DNA from: Flavobacteriaceae bacterium
GTDB lineage: Bacteria > Bacteroidota > Bacteroidia > Flavobacteriales > Flavobacteriaceae
DNA: 45,317 nt
Assembly: GCA_013042715.1 (NCBI GenBank)
Contig: JABDPN010000169.1
Coordinates: 1 to 45,317 of the forward strand
Reading direction: 5' to 3'
Shown: positions 1 through 9,801 of the stretch, one piece after another
Numbering within the stretch: position 1 is the stretch's first letter
Layout of the letters: every line of letters begins with the position of its first letter
Notes under the pieces: model-generated
Databases searched by the model: none
What the model saw: the letters and a program-made list of their open reading frames with translations, nothing else
What the model was told of the DNA's origin: nothing
Made by a program: the position numbers and the translations under genes

Positions 1-758
1 TCACCATCAGTATCTGGACAACCATTAAACTCGGCTAAACCAGCAACATCTGGACAATCATCTTTTGCATCTTCTATGCCATCGCCATCTGTGTCAGGAC
101 ATCCATTAAATTGTTCTAAACCAGGAATTTCAGGACAAGCATCATGTTTATCATAAATACCATCACCATCAGTATCTGTACCACCAAATCTAATAGTAAC
201 ACCTAATGTGTGTTGTAAATGCTTAGACAAGTAGTATTCAAAAGAATGCTTATAAGTTGATTGCGCTGTAAAACCAATATTATCTGAGATCATATAAGTT
301 AATCCAAGAGTTCCATTTAAAGTTCCTGCGCCTATATCATCAACCCAAGTATAACCACCACCTACACCAAGGTAAGGGTCAAAGCTGTTTAGTTTTAAAG
401 CATCACCAAAATTATACTTAACAATACCATCTAGTCCATAGTATGATAAATCATCAACACTCATTTCACCGAATTTAGAAATTTTGTTAATAGATCCAGT
501 AGCACCTAAAGAAAAATTATCTCCTAAATATTTAGAAACAGTTATAGAAGAAATTGAAGGAAGGATGTTCCAGTGATCTTCAGCATTAAAGAATTCATTA
601 GGAAAACTACCTAAAGGCCTATCTTCTCCAGTTGGATAGAAATCCACAGCGTTTACACCAAAAGTAATCTGCCATGGGTTGTTTTCGTCTTGAGCATTAG
701 CAGTACTATAACCAAGTACTAAACATATTACTAATAATGATTGAGTAATTTTTTTCAT
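1..758 (-). CDS. OmpA-family outer-membrane protein, N-terminal part only (C-terminus runs off the window start); barrel-like N-domain followed by thrombospondin type-3 (TSP3) calcium-binding repeats
   Basis: Absent from the ORF track because it is open at the window edge. The reverse-strand ATG at 758-756 gives [41 protein letters not shown]... (signal peptide plus strand-like segments). This is followed by ..[60 protein letters not shown].., i.e. repeated DxDxDGxxDxxD TSP3 motifs typical of Flavobacteriia OmpA-like proteins. Confidence 0.75.
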   Translation of the reverse strand, partial: MKKITQSLLVICLVLGYSTANAQDENNPWQITFGVNAVDFYPTGEDRPLGSFPNEFFNAEDHWNILPSISSITVSKYLGDNFSLGATGSINKISKFGEMSVDDLSYYGLDGIVKYNFGDALKLNSFDPYLGVGGGYTWVDDIGAGTLNGTLGLTYMISDNIGFTAQSTYKHSFEYYLSKHLQHTLGVTIRFGGTDTDGDGIYDKHDACPEIPGLEQFNGCPDTDGDGIEDAKDDCPDVAGLAEFNGCPDTDG

Positions 759-806
759 ATTTAAAAATTATTTGTTTTTGTAAGTTAATTCAATTACAAA
801 GTTAAG

Positions 807-814
807 TTGTTAAT
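807..814 (-). promoter_or_regulatory. Candidate Bacteroidota sigma-A -7 box (TAacTTTG on minus strand) for the OmpA-like gene
   Basis: Plus-strand caaagtta is the reverse complement of TAnnTTTG. It lies about 49 nt upstream of the ATG at 758. Confidence 0.4.
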
Positions 815-886
815 AGCTTATTAACAAAGTTTATTGAACAAAAAAACCATGTGTTTTTTATGAAAAATGAAATTTTGAACTATTTT

Positions 887-2080
887 TTATAATATTTCTA
901 GAATTTTACCAACTTTGGTGAAAGATTTTATAGCATGATCTAGGTGCTCCTTAGTGTGAGCAGCAGATAATTGCACTCTAATTCTTGCTTTGTCTTTTGG
1001 AACAACAGGATAGAAAAACCCAATAACATAGATGCCTTCTTTTAACAACAAATTAGCCATTGTTTGCGAAAGTTTTGCGTCGTAAAGCATAACTGGAACA
1101 ATTGCAGAATCGCCATTTATAATGTCAAAACCTGCAGATTTCATGCCTTTTTTAAAGTAATTTGTATTCCATTCTAAAGTATCCCTTAGTGTTGTGTCTT
1201 TTGAAAGTAAATCAAAAACCTTAATTGAAGCACCAACAATTGAAGGTGCTAAGGAATTAGAAAACAAATATGGTCTGGAGCGTTGACGCAACATGTCTAT
1301 TATCTCTTTTTTTCCAGTAGTATAGCCTCCCATTGCACCACCTAAAGCTTTCCCAAGTGTTCCTGTAATAATATCTACTCTGCCTAAAACATTTTTTTCT
1401 TCTAAAGTTCCACGTCCAGTACTTCCTATAAACCCAGCGGCATGACATTCGTCTACCATCACTAAAGCATCATACTTGTCTGCTAAATCACAAATTTTAT
1501 CTAGAGGAGCTACAATTCCATCCATAGAAAAAACACCGTCTGTTACAATTATTTTAAATCTCGAACCATTTTCGTTGGCTGCTTGTAGTTGTTTTTCAAG
1601 GTCTTGCATGTTATTATTTCCGTATCTATAACGTACGGCTTTACATAGTCTTACACCGTCGATTATTGAAGCGTGATTAAGAGAGTCTGAGATGATTGCG
1701 TCTTCAGTTGTTAAAAGTGGTTCAAAAACTCCTCCATTGGCATCAAAAGCTGCTGCGTAAAGTATGGTATCTTCGGTTTGATAGAATTCTGCAATTTTTT
1801 CTTCTAAGTCTTTATGGATGTCCTGTGTCCCACAAATAAATCTTACTGAAGACATTCCAAATCCATGTGTATCCATAGTGTCTTTTGCGGCTTGAATAAC
1901 GTCTGGATGCGATGATAAACCTAAATAATTATTAGCACAAAAATTTAAAACGGTTTGTCCGGTATTTATAGTAATTTTAGCACCTTGGGAAGATGTGATT
2001 ATGCGTTCTTCTTTATATAAACCATTATCTTTAATGTTTTGTAATTGGTCTTTTAAATATTGTTGGATTTTTCCGTACAT
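887..2080 (-). CDS. kbl: 2-amino-3-ketobutyrate CoA ligase (glycine C-acetyltransferase)
   Basis: The 397-aa ORF is collinear with E. coli Kbl along its whole length as I recall it ([44 protein letters not shown]-lysine motif [31 protein letters not shown]). Confidence 0.93.
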   Translation of the reverse strand: MYGKIQQYLKDQLQNIKDNGLYKEERIITSSQGAKITINTGQTVLNFCANNYLGLSSHPDVIQAAKDTMDTHGFGMSSVRFICGTQDIHKDLEEKIAEFYQTEDTILYAAAFDANGGVFEPLLTTEDAIISDSLNHASIIDGVRLCKAVRYRYGNNNMQDLEKQLQAANENGSRFKIIVTDGVFSMDGIVAPLDKICDLADKYDALVMVDECHAAGFIGSTGRGTLEEKNVLGRVDIITGTLGKALGGAMGGYTTGKKEIIDMLRQRSRPYLFSNSLAPSIVGASIKVFDLLSKDTTLRDTLEWNTNYFKKGMKSAGFDIINGDSAIVPVMLYDAKLSQTMANLLLKEGIYVIGFFYPVVPKDKARIRVQLSAAHTKEHLDHAIKSFTKVGKILEIL

Positions 2081-2101
2081 GATGTGTAATTTTATACAAA
2101 G

Positions 2102-5100
2102 TTATACTTCTTTTATATCAATTTCATTATTTATATAAACTAAAATTTTCATAGAAATGTTAAAATCCATTTCTTCAATAATTTCTTGGTATTCTTCAAG
2201 CTGTTGAATGTGAATTTTTTCATGAGCTCCAGTTTTGTAATCAATTAAAACAGCTTTGTTTTTAGGCAAAATAACCAGCTTATCTGGTCTAATAAGTTTT
2301 CCAGAGTTAGATATAATATCGTGCTCGTTATAAGTTATACTATCAGTAGAGAAATAGGTTTTTAGTTTTGGATGCTCAACAGTTTTTAAAATTAGAGGTT
2401 TTAAATGGCTCTCTTGGTCTTGAGTTATTTGACCAGCGTTTAGGAATTCTTTAAAAACAAAAGGAATGTCGTGTTTGGTTTTAATTTTTGATAGGATAAG
2501 ATGAATTAAGTTACCTTTTTCAATAGCTTCTTCTTGATGTGTGTCCCAAAGATATCCTGAAGCTGTTACAATGTTTAATTGGTGTTGCTTTTTAGGTACA
2601 GAAATTAAAGTTTCATTTTTTTTAGTATTAGAATATTCTTCTGTTTTTGTAGTTTTTTGAGCATCACCAAAAGTATAATGTGTTTTATGGTCTTCCCAAA
2701 GGTTATTGTCTTTGAGGTAATTAATAAATAAACCAGAAAAGTTATTTAGTTTTTCGTTGTTTTTAGAATCTAAATCTTTATGACTTATAATATGCAATTG
2801 CTCTATTGCTCTAGTAAGCGCAACATAAAGTAAGTTTATGTTATCTAATTCTTTTTCTGCTTTAGTTTTATGGTACAGATAATTACCAATTTCTCCCATG
2901 CTTTCAATAGACTTGTTAAAGCCAATTAAAGCATATTCAAAAGCATTAAATTCTTCAGAATCTAATGGAAACCAAATGTTATCATTTTTGGAATAATAAA
3001 TATTTAAATCTGCAAATGGGAAAATTACCACTGGAAATTCAAGACCTTTTGCCTTATGAATTGTCATTATTTGAACAGCATTGTTTCCTTCAGGAGAAAT
3101 AATACTTAAGTTATCTTCTTTAAGATGAAAATGCTCTAAGAATGCATTTAAGGATGGGTTTGTTTTTTCAGAAAATTCTAGCACAAAGTCTAAGAAAAAT
3201 TGAATATATGCATTAGATTTTGGAGCTAATTTAAAACTGTAAATTATAAGTTCTATGGCTTCGTAGAAAGGTAAAGCTGAAAATTCGTTTAAATTAAAAT
3301 AAAAATTAAACTCTTCTAAATCTTTAAAGAAAACATCTAATAAACTGTCTTTATAACGCTCTAGAATGCTATGTTTATTATCTATGTTTAGTTTGGTTTC
3401 TAGAAGATAGTTTAAGGCTTTGATTTTTGACAATTTGTTGTCAGGTTCAGAAATACATTCTAAAAGCTGTATTATAAATTTAATTTCAGGAGCGTTTTTT
3501 ATTAAAAGTGTTTCAGAAGAAATTATGTCTATTCCATTTTTACTTAAATATTCCGAAATGGTTACACCATCTTTACCATAACGCACCAAAACACATAAAT
3601 CCTGTAAATTGTATCCATTTTCTAAACAGTTTTGAATTGTTTTTAGAGTTTGTTGTGCGTAAATTTCACGCTTATCGTCTTCATTTTGTATTTCTATAAA
3701 CTCTAAAGACACAAACCCTTGGTTGTCTTGGTGAATTTCTTGATGAGCATTTTTGTAAAGAAAACTATAGGTTTCATCTCTAAAAGCAAAAGTTGATAGA
3801 TGTTTAAAAAAAGCGTTGTTAAACGCTACAACCTGTTTGGAGCTTCTAAAATTTTTTGGAAGATCTTCCACATGTTTATTTACATAAAAAGGATTGAGGT
3901 CTGAAAATAAATTTATAAACTGTTCTGCTTTACCTCCTCGCCATCTATAAATGGCTTGTTTAGCATCACCAACAATTAATGCGCTTCCGTTTTCTGAAGC
4001 TAAAGAATTTTCAAGCAAAGGAATAAGATTTTCCCATTGCATTTGTGACGTGTCCTGGAATTCGTCAATAAAATAATGTCTGAATCGTTCGCCTATTCGT
4101 TCGTAAATAAATGGAGCAGGTTGCTTTTTAATATGGTCGCTAATAATGGTATTAAATTCACTTATTAGAATAATGTTTTGTTCTTCTTTTATAGCTTCTA
4201 ACTCACTATTTATATGTTTTAAAACAGATAATGGTGTGAGGTTTTTATAAATACCTTTAAGAAGTAGTAAGCTAAATACTTCAGTTCTTGTGTTATTGAA
4301 AATTGAAACTAATTCAGGTTGAATGTCATCAATAATAGCCTTAATGTCATCTGACGTTGATTTTTCAGGATATAATGGTTTTTCTTCTAAATTTTTAATC
4401 CAAGCCGAATCGTAACTGATATTTGTTTCTAATTTTTCTAATTTTAAAAAATAGTTTGGTAAATATGCTCTACTTCCGCCTGAAAAATCTGAATATTCTA
4501 GACCATATTCTTCTACTAATGATAAAGCTGTTGATGATTGTTTAATAATGTTCTTTTCAGCTAAACCTATTCTTTCTATTACAATTTTCTTAAATGAATC
4601 AAAATCGTTTAACGTTTTGTCTCTTAAAGAATTGAGAGCATAAATGTCGTTTTCATTTATTAGTAACTTTGCGATTTTTATAAAGTCGAACGAAACATCC
4701 CAACTTTTATCGTCATCTGCTTTTTCAATAGCAAAATCTACTAGAATTTTTGTGAGTCTTTTTTCACTTCCTGCTTTCGCTATTAAATTATTAACAGCTT
4801 TTTGCAGAAGATAATCAGTATCTAGTTCTACCTCAAAATTTAGTGGCAATTTAAGATCGTAAGCAAATGTTCTTATGAGTTTTTGTGTAAACTTATCAAT
4901 GGTAGAAATATCAAAAGCAGCATAATTATTAATAATGGAATCCAATAACTTTCCAGCTTTTATATGAATATCTTGAGGTTTCTTATCAAGCTCATTACAG
5001 ATATCTTTAAATATTTGAGATGGCTCTTCCAGAATAGATGCTTTGGAAAATTCTTTTAAACTCTCAATGATTCTAACTTTCATTTCCGCAACAGCTTTGT

Positions 5101-5239
5101 TGGTAAACGTTATCGCTAAAGCATTTTTGTAAGCATCTTTAAAAGGCGAATTAAACAATACTTTAAGGTATTCTTTAACCAGAGTAAATGTTTTTCCACT
5201 TCCAGCCGAAGCGTTGTATATTTGAAAGGATGCGTTCAA
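2102..5239 (-). CDS. UvrD/Rep-superfamily helicase with C-terminal PD-(D/E)XK nuclease (AddA/RecB-like helicase-nuclease)
   Basis: 1045 aa. Motifs seen: Walker A ASAGSGKTF, motif II FIDEFQDTS, TIHKAKGLEFP, YVALTRA. The C-terminal nuclease-like motif is RPDKLV...VLIDYKTG. Confidence 0.85.
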   Translation of the reverse strand: MNASFQIYNASAGSGKTFTLVKEYLKVLFNSPFKDAYKNALAITFTNKAVAEMKVRIIESLKEFSKASILEEPSQIFKDICNELDKKPQDIHIKAGKLLDSIINNYAAFDISTIDKFTQKLIRTFAYDLKLPLNFEVELDTDYLLQKAVNNLIAKAGSEKRLTKILVDFAIEKADDDKSWDVSFDFIKIAKLLINENDIYALNSLRDKTLNDFDSFKKIVIERIGLAEKNIIKQSSTALSLVEEYGLEYSDFSGGSRAYLPNYFLKLEKLETNISYDSAWIKNLEEKPLYPEKSTSDDIKAIIDDIQPELVSIFNNTRTEVFSLLLLKGIYKNLTPLSVLKHINSELEAIKEEQNIILISEFNTIISDHIKKQPAPFIYERIGERFRHYFIDEFQDTSQMQWENLIPLLENSLASENGSALIVGDAKQAIYRWRGGKAEQFINLFSDLNPFYVNKHVEDLPKNFRSSKQVVAFNNAFFKHLSTFAFRDETYSFLYKNAHQEIHQDNQGFVSLEFIEIQNEDDKREIYAQQTLKTIQNCLENGYNLQDLCVLVRYGKDGVTISEYLSKNGIDIISSETLLIKNAPEIKFIIQLLECISEPDNKLSKIKALNYLLETKLNIDNKHSILERYKDSLLDVFFKDLEEFNFYFNLNEFSALPFYEAIELIIYSFKLAPKSNAYIQFFLDFVLEFSEKTNPSLNAFLEHFHLKEDNLSIISPEGNNAVQIMTIHKAKGLEFPVVIFPFADLNIYYSKNDNIWFPLDSEEFNAFEYALIGFNKSIESMGEIGNYLYHKTKAEKELDNINLLYVALTRAIEQLHIISHKDLDSKNNEKLNNFSGLFINYLKDNNLWEDHKTHYTFGDAQKTTKTEEYSNTKKNETLISVPKKQHQLNIVTASGYLWDTHQEEAIEKGNLIHLILSKIKTKHDIPFVFKEFLNAGQITQDQESHLKPLILKTVEHPKLKTYFSTDSITYNEHDIISNSGKLIRPDKLVILPKNKAVLIDYKTGAHEKIHIQQLEEYQEIIEEMDFNISMKILVYINNEIDIKEV

Positions 5240-5309
5240 TGAAAGATAATTTTTATACCAAAATAGGTAATCTTAATAATTTATTAAGATAATTTATTAA
5301 GCATTATTG

Positions 5310-5317
5310 TAAATTTG
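5310..5317 (+). promoter_or_regulatory. Candidate -7 box TAaaTTTG for sodA
   Basis: Perfect TAnnTTTG, 37 nt upstream of the ATG at 5355. Confidence 0.45.
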
Positions 5318-5354
5318 ATAAAATTGAACTATTAACACTAAAAAAATAAATATT

Positions 5355-5963
5355 ATGGCTTTTGAATTACCAAAATTACAATATGCATATGATGCTTTAG
5401 AGCCTCATATAGATGCACGTACTATGGAGATCCATCATTCTAAGCATCATCAAGGATATACAAACAACCTAAATAATGCCATTTCTGGAACAGATTTAGA
5501 AGGGAAATCTATTGAAGATATTCTAACTAATTTAGATATGGGCAATGGAGCACTAAGAAATAATGGTGGAGGTTTTTACAACCATTCTTTGTTTTGGGAT
5601 GTTATGAATCCTGAGGGCAAAGGACGTTTATCAGGAGAATTAAAAGACGCAATAGAAGATGCTTTTGGATCTGTAGATGCGTTTAAAGATGCATTTAGTA
5701 AAGCTGCTGCAACACAGTTTGGTTCTGGGTGGGCTTGGTTATGTGTTCATAAAGGTGGGAAAGTAGAAGTTTGTTCTACACCAAATCAAGATAACCCATT
5801 AATGCCTGGAGTAACTTGTGAAGCAACACCAATTTTAGGTTTAGATGTTTGGGAACATGCATATTACTTAAAATACCAAAACAGACGTCCAGATTATATA
5901 AATGCATTTTTTAATGTAATAAACTGGAATGAAGTTGAAAGACGTTACGCAGAAGCAAAATAA
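5355..5963 (+). CDS. sodA: Superoxide dismutase, Fe/Mn family (Mn-type signature)
   Basis: 202 aa. Motifs seen: [29 protein letters not shown] (Gln in the C-terminal NQD position as in MnSOD) and [18 protein letters not shown]. Confidence 0.93.
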   Translation: MAFELPKLQYAYDALEPHIDARTMEIHHSKHHQGYTNNLNNAISGTDLEGKSIEDILTNLDMGNGALRNNGGGFYNHSLFWDVMNPEGKGRLSGELKDAIEDAFGSVDAFKDAFSKAAATQFGSGWAWLCVHKGGKVEVCSTPNQDNPLMPGVTCEATPILGLDVWEHAYYLKYQNRRPDYINAFFNVINWNEVERRYAEAK

Positions 5964-5980
5964 AACGTTATATCTATAAC

Positions 5981-6017
5981 AAAAAGCCATACTGTTTTAG
6001 AGTATGGCTTTTTTTTA
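5981..6017 (+). terminator. Rho-independent terminator after sodA
   Basis: Stem agccatact (5985-5993) pairs with agtatggct (6001-6009) around a 7-nt loop, followed by a T-run. Confidence 0.75.
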
Positions 6018-6032
6018 ATTTTTTTATAAAAT

Positions 6033-6062
6033 AAAAAAGGTGAACGAGAGTTCACCTTTTTT
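6033..6062. terminator. Second hairpin flanked by an A-run and a T-run (potentially bidirectional; could serve purF on the minus strand)
   Basis: aaaaaa-ggtgaac-gaga-gttcacc-tttttt. A 7-bp GC-containing stem with U-runs available on either strand. Confidence 0.55.
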
Positions 6063-6214
6063 GCCCCAAATCTACCATGAACTTAACCTACTTATGTTAT
6101 GGTTCTACTAAAATATATGTAAAATATTGATTGTCAGCAATTAATTAGATGAAATGCATTTTTATTAGATAAAAAACAACTTGAATTCAAAGAATACTTA
6201 CAAAACCTAAGAAT

Positions 6215-8113
6215 TTAGTAAGCTCGTTCTTTGTTGCCTTCGTAATAATTAATAAAAGCTCTGTTTACAACTCTATTACCTCCATCTGTTGGATAATTAC
6301 CAGTAAAATACCAATCACCTAAATTTTTAGGACAAGCTTTGTGAAGGTTTTCTACAGTCTGAAAAATAACTTTTACTTCAGCATTTATGGAATCGTCGCT
6401 TAGTAATTCAGATATTTTATTTGAAATTTGTTCGTTTGTAAAAGGAGCGTACAGTTCTTTCACAAAATTCTTTACATGCTTATCTTTTAAATCAACTTGA
6501 GATTTACATTTTTTATAGACTTCTTCAACTTTATGGAATAGGTTGTTATCCTTTAATAATGCTAAAGTTGCTCTAAATGCCACTAAACTCTCTAGGTTTG
6601 CCATATCTATACCATAACAATCTGGATAACGAATTTGAGGAGCAGAAGAAACGACTACAATTTTTTTAGGATTTAATCTATCTAGTATTTTAATAATACT
6701 TTTTTTAAGCGTCGTACCTCTTACTATACTATCGTCTATAATAACTAAGTTATCCTCAGGTTTTATAACACCATATGTAACATCGTAAACATGGGCAACG
6801 AGGTCGTCTCTACTACTATCTTCTGTAATAAACGTTCTTAGCTTGACATCTTTAATGGCAATCTTTTCAATTCTAGGATGCTCTGCAAGAATTTCTTTTA
6901 CTTTTTCTACAGAAATAGAACGTTTTCCTTCAAGAATAGCTTTGGTTTTTCTTTGGTTTAGTAACTCTTCAACAGTATCTATCATTCCGTAGAAACTCGT
7001 TTCTGCAGTATTTGGAATATATGAAAACACTGAGTTCTTTATATCGTGGTCTATAGCTTCAAAAACTTTTGGCATGATGAGTTTTCCAAGAAGTTTTCGT
7101 TCTTTATAGATTTCTGCATCACTTCCTCGAGAAAAATAAATGCGCTCAAAAGAACATGCTTTTCTTTCAAGAGGTTCTAGAATTTGTTCAATAGAAGTTT
7201 CTCCAGATTTTTTAGTTATGATAGCACAACCAGGATCAAGTTCTTTTACGTTTTCAAAAGGTACATTAAAAACCGTTTGAATAACTGGTCTTTCTGATGC
7301 TACAACAACAATTTCATCGTCTTTATAATAGTAAGTTGGTCTAATTCCTGCAGGATCTCTAAGCACAAAAGAATCGCCATGACCAATAAGACCAGCCATT
7401 GCGTAGCCTCCATCCCAATTTTTTGCCGCTTTTCTTAGTATTTTTGTAATGCTTAAACGATCTGCAATTAATGGCGAACATTCAATTTTTGAGTAGCCTT
7501 CATTTTTTAGATCCTTATAGATTTTACTTACAGCATCATCTAAAAAATGACCAATCTTTTCCATGACAGTAATAGTGTCTGTATATTCTTTAGGATGCTG
7601 CCCAAGATCTACTAAGTTACTAAATAGCTCTTTTACATTGGTCATATTAAAATTTCCAGCTAGAATTAGGTTCCTGTGCATCCAATTATTTTGTCTTAAA
7701 AATGGATGAACACTTTCAACGCTGTTTTTCCCAAATGTTCCATAACGTACATGACCTAATAGTACTTCTCCTATATAAGGTATGTTCTGTTTTTGTAAAC
7801 TTATATCATTGACATACTCTGGATTCTGTGATAATGCTTTGTTAATACGTTGGTTAATTTGAGCGAATATATCTTGAATGGGTTGTTGTTCTATAGAACG
7901 CACTCTACTAATGTAGCGTTGTCCTGGTTTCATGTCTAGTTTAATACTTGCAAAACCTGCTCCATCTTGACCTCTGTTGTGTTGCTTTTCCATCATGAGG
8001 TACATTTTGTTGACACCATAAAAAGCACTTCCATACTTTTCTTTGTAGTATTCTAATGGTTTTAGAAGCCTGATTAAGGCAATTCCACATTCATGTTTTA
8101 AAGCGTCACTCAT
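6215..8113 (-). CDS. purF: Amidophosphoribosyltransferase (long, Bacteroidota-type PurF)
   Basis: 632 aa. N-terminal Ntn glutamine amidotransferase start (MSDALKHECGIALI, mature Cys after processing). PRTase loop VIIDDSIVRGTT. Confidence 0.88.
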   Translation of the reverse strand: MSDALKHECGIALIRLLKPLEYYKEKYGSAFYGVNKMYLMMEKQHNRGQDGAGFASIKLDMKPGQRYISRVRSIEQQPIQDIFAQINQRINKALSQNPEYVNDISLQKQNIPYIGEVLLGHVRYGTFGKNSVESVHPFLRQNNWMHRNLILAGNFNMTNVKELFSNLVDLGQHPKEYTDTITVMEKIGHFLDDAVSKIYKDLKNEGYSKIECSPLIADRLSITKILRKAAKNWDGGYAMAGLIGHGDSFVLRDPAGIRPTYYYKDDEIVVVASERPVIQTVFNVPFENVKELDPGCAIITKKSGETSIEQILEPLERKACSFERIYFSRGSDAEIYKERKLLGKLIMPKVFEAIDHDIKNSVFSYIPNTAETSFYGMIDTVEELLNQRKTKAILEGKRSISVEKVKEILAEHPRIEKIAIKDVKLRTFITEDSSRDDLVAHVYDVTYGVIKPEDNLVIIDDSIVRGTTLKKSIIKILDRLNPKKIVVVSSAPQIRYPDCYGIDMANLESLVAFRATLALLKDNNLFHKVEEVYKKCKSQVDLKDKHVKNFVKELYAPFTNEQISNKISELLSDDSINAEVKVIFQTVENLHKACPKNLGDWYFTGNYPTDGGNRVVNRAFINYYEGNKERAY

Positions 8114-8120
8114 GATCAGT

Positions 8121-8151
8121 TAAATAAAAAAGCACTCAAAATTTTGAGCGC
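8121..8151 (-). terminator. Terminator-like hairpin between the PfkB kinase gene and purF
   Basis: The minus-strand RNA is gcgcucaaaauuuugagugc (8151-8132; 8 bp including one G-U) followed by uuuuuuauuua. It ends only 18 nt before the purF ATG. Confidence 0.5.
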
Positions 8152-8157
8152 GTTAGT

Positions 8158-9084
8158 TTATGATAATTCTATTTCAAATTGTGTTAAGTTTTTAAACTCC
8201 TGAAGTCTTAAGTATATTTCCTTATTCTTCAAGTTTTCCATCCTGTTTGTTCCAAATTTCTCCACACAAAACGACGCTAAGGTGGAACCATAGATAACCG
8301 CTTTTTTCATATTCTCGAAAGAAAAATCATTAGATTTTGCTAAATAACCAACAAATCCTCCTGCAAAAGTATCTCCAGCTCCTGTAGGATCAAAAACTTC
8401 TTCTAATGGAAGGGCAGGTGCATAAAACACATTATCATCATTAAAAAGTAAAGCGCCATGTTCTCCTTTTTTTATAACAACATATTTTGGACCTAACTCC
8501 TGTATTTTTCTAGCAGCAACTACTAAAGAATATTCGCCTGTAAGTTGCCTTGCTTCTTCATCGTTAATTGTAATAACATCAACTCTATTAATTACTTTAT
8601 GTAGTTCTTCTAAAGTATTATCCATCCAGAAATTCATAGTGTCTAAAATAACTAAATCTGGTTTTTCATGCATTTGCTCTAAAACACTTATTTGTATAGC
8701 AGGATGAAGATTACCTAGCATAACAACATTTGCATCTCTATAACTTTCCGGTACAATAGGATTAAAATCTGCAAGCACATTTAATTCTGTAGCAAGTGTA
8801 TCTCTAGAATTCATATCATTATGGTACAATCCACTCCAAAAAAATGTTTTACCATCTTTAACTATTTCTATACCTGAAATATCAATATTGTTGTTAGATA
8901 AAAGGTCTAAATATTTTTGTGGAAAATCGCCACCAACAACAGACACAACAGCTGCATCAACATTAAATTGTGAAGCTGCTAATCCTATAAATGTTCCAGC
9001 TCCACCAAGTATTTTATCTGTTTTACCAAAAGGCGTTTCGATAGCATCAAATGCTACTGTACCTACTATAACTAATTTGTTCAT
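8158..9084 (-). CDS. PfkB-family carbohydrate/nucleoside kinase
   Basis: 308 aa. N-terminal GG motif (ILGGAGTF) and C-terminal PfkB signature DPTGAGDTFAGGFVGYLA. Confidence 0.85.
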   Translation of the reverse strand: MNKLVIVGTVAFDAIETPFGKTDKILGGAGTFIGLAASQFNVDAAVVSVVGGDFPQKYLDLLSNNNIDISGIEIVKDGKTFFWSGLYHNDMNSRDTLATELNVLADFNPIVPESYRDANVVMLGNLHPAIQISVLEQMHEKPDLVILDTMNFWMDNTLEELHKVINRVDVITINDEEARQLTGEYSLVVAARKIQELGPKYVVIKKGEHGALLFNDDNVFYAPALPLEEVFDPTGAGDTFAGGFVGYLAKSNDFSFENMKKAVIYGSTLASFCVEKFGTNRMENLKNKEIYLRLQEFKNLTQFEIELS

Positions 9085-9106
9085 AAAGCGATTTAAGAAT
9101 TCTGTG

Positions 9107-9114
9107 CAAACTTA
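9107..9114 (-). promoter_or_regulatory. Candidate -7 box (TAagTTTG on minus strand) for the PfkB kinase gene
   Basis: Plus-strand caaactta, 22 nt upstream of the ATG at 9084. Confidence 0.45.
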
Positions 9115-9162
9115 CGTAAAATTTATTCTGTATAAAAGTGAATAAACACCCTGAATTTATTG

Positions 9163-9801
9163 TTATTTTCTACCAAAATCAGCAGGAATTTCTCCCCAAG
9201 CTTTAGTTTCCCATTTTACAATTGTAGTGTTATAAGTGTTTGTTTCTAACCACGTTATAGCACGTTTTATAAGGTTAAACAAAGGCTTGTTCTTTTCTGT
9301 TTTCTCAAGTTTAGTGTTACAGTTTTTCTTTTCCACCCAGCTAATTGCTGTTCTTGAGTCTGTATAGATTATTTTATTACTACTAATTTGTTTTAAATAC
9401 GCAAGCCCATGAACAATAGCAAGAAATTCACCTATATTATTAGTGCCTTCTTCAAATGGACCTTGCTTAAACAGTAAAGCTTTGGTTTTGGTATCAACAC
9501 CTTTATATTCTAGTTTTCCTGGATTTCCGCTGGAAGCAGCATCAACAGCAATAGAGTTATAGTTTGGTTGTCCAATTTTTTTAAGTTGGTCTTGTGGTAA
9601 CTCGCTTTTAAATATTTTGGAATTTCCAACGTAATCCTTATAATTGCCTTTATAAGCTTTTTTTGCAGCTTCAAAAGTTGAAAAAGACTTGTATTGAGCA
9701 CCTTCAAAATCTTTTATTTGAGCCTTACAAACGTCCCAAGATTCAAAAACACCAATATTGTGTCCTTTCCAAACTGTATAAAATTTCTTTTTTTTATTCA
9801 T
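9163..9801 (-). CDS. rnhA: Ribonuclease H1 with N-terminal hybrid-binding domain (Bacillus halodurans-type RNase H)
   Basis: 212 aa. The N-terminus FYTVWKGHNIGVFESWDVCKAQIKDFEGAQYKSFSTFEAAKKAY is an RNase H1/viroplasmin-type HBD. The catalytic DEDD set is visible (AVDAASS, NNIGEFLAI, IYTDS, WGEIPADFGRK). The start overlaps the purN stop (TAATG). Confidence 0.85.
   Translation of the reverse strand: MNKKKKFYTVWKGHNIGVFESWDVCKAQIKDFEGAQYKSFSTFEAAKKAYKGNYKDYVGNSKIFKSELPQDQLKKIGQPNYNSIAVDAASSGNPGKLEYKGVDTKTKALLFKQGPFEEGTNNIGEFLAIVHGLAYLKQISSNKIIYTDSRTAISWVEKKNCNTKLEKTEKNKPLFNLIKRAITWLETNTYNTTIVKWETKAWGEIPADFGRK

Noticed and set aside
819-835. Hairpin gttaata-gct-tattaac upstream of the OmpA-like gene
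   Set aside because: It is a 7-bp all-weak stem in an AT-rich spacer with no U-run or repeated partner. There is insufficient evidence for a terminator or operator.
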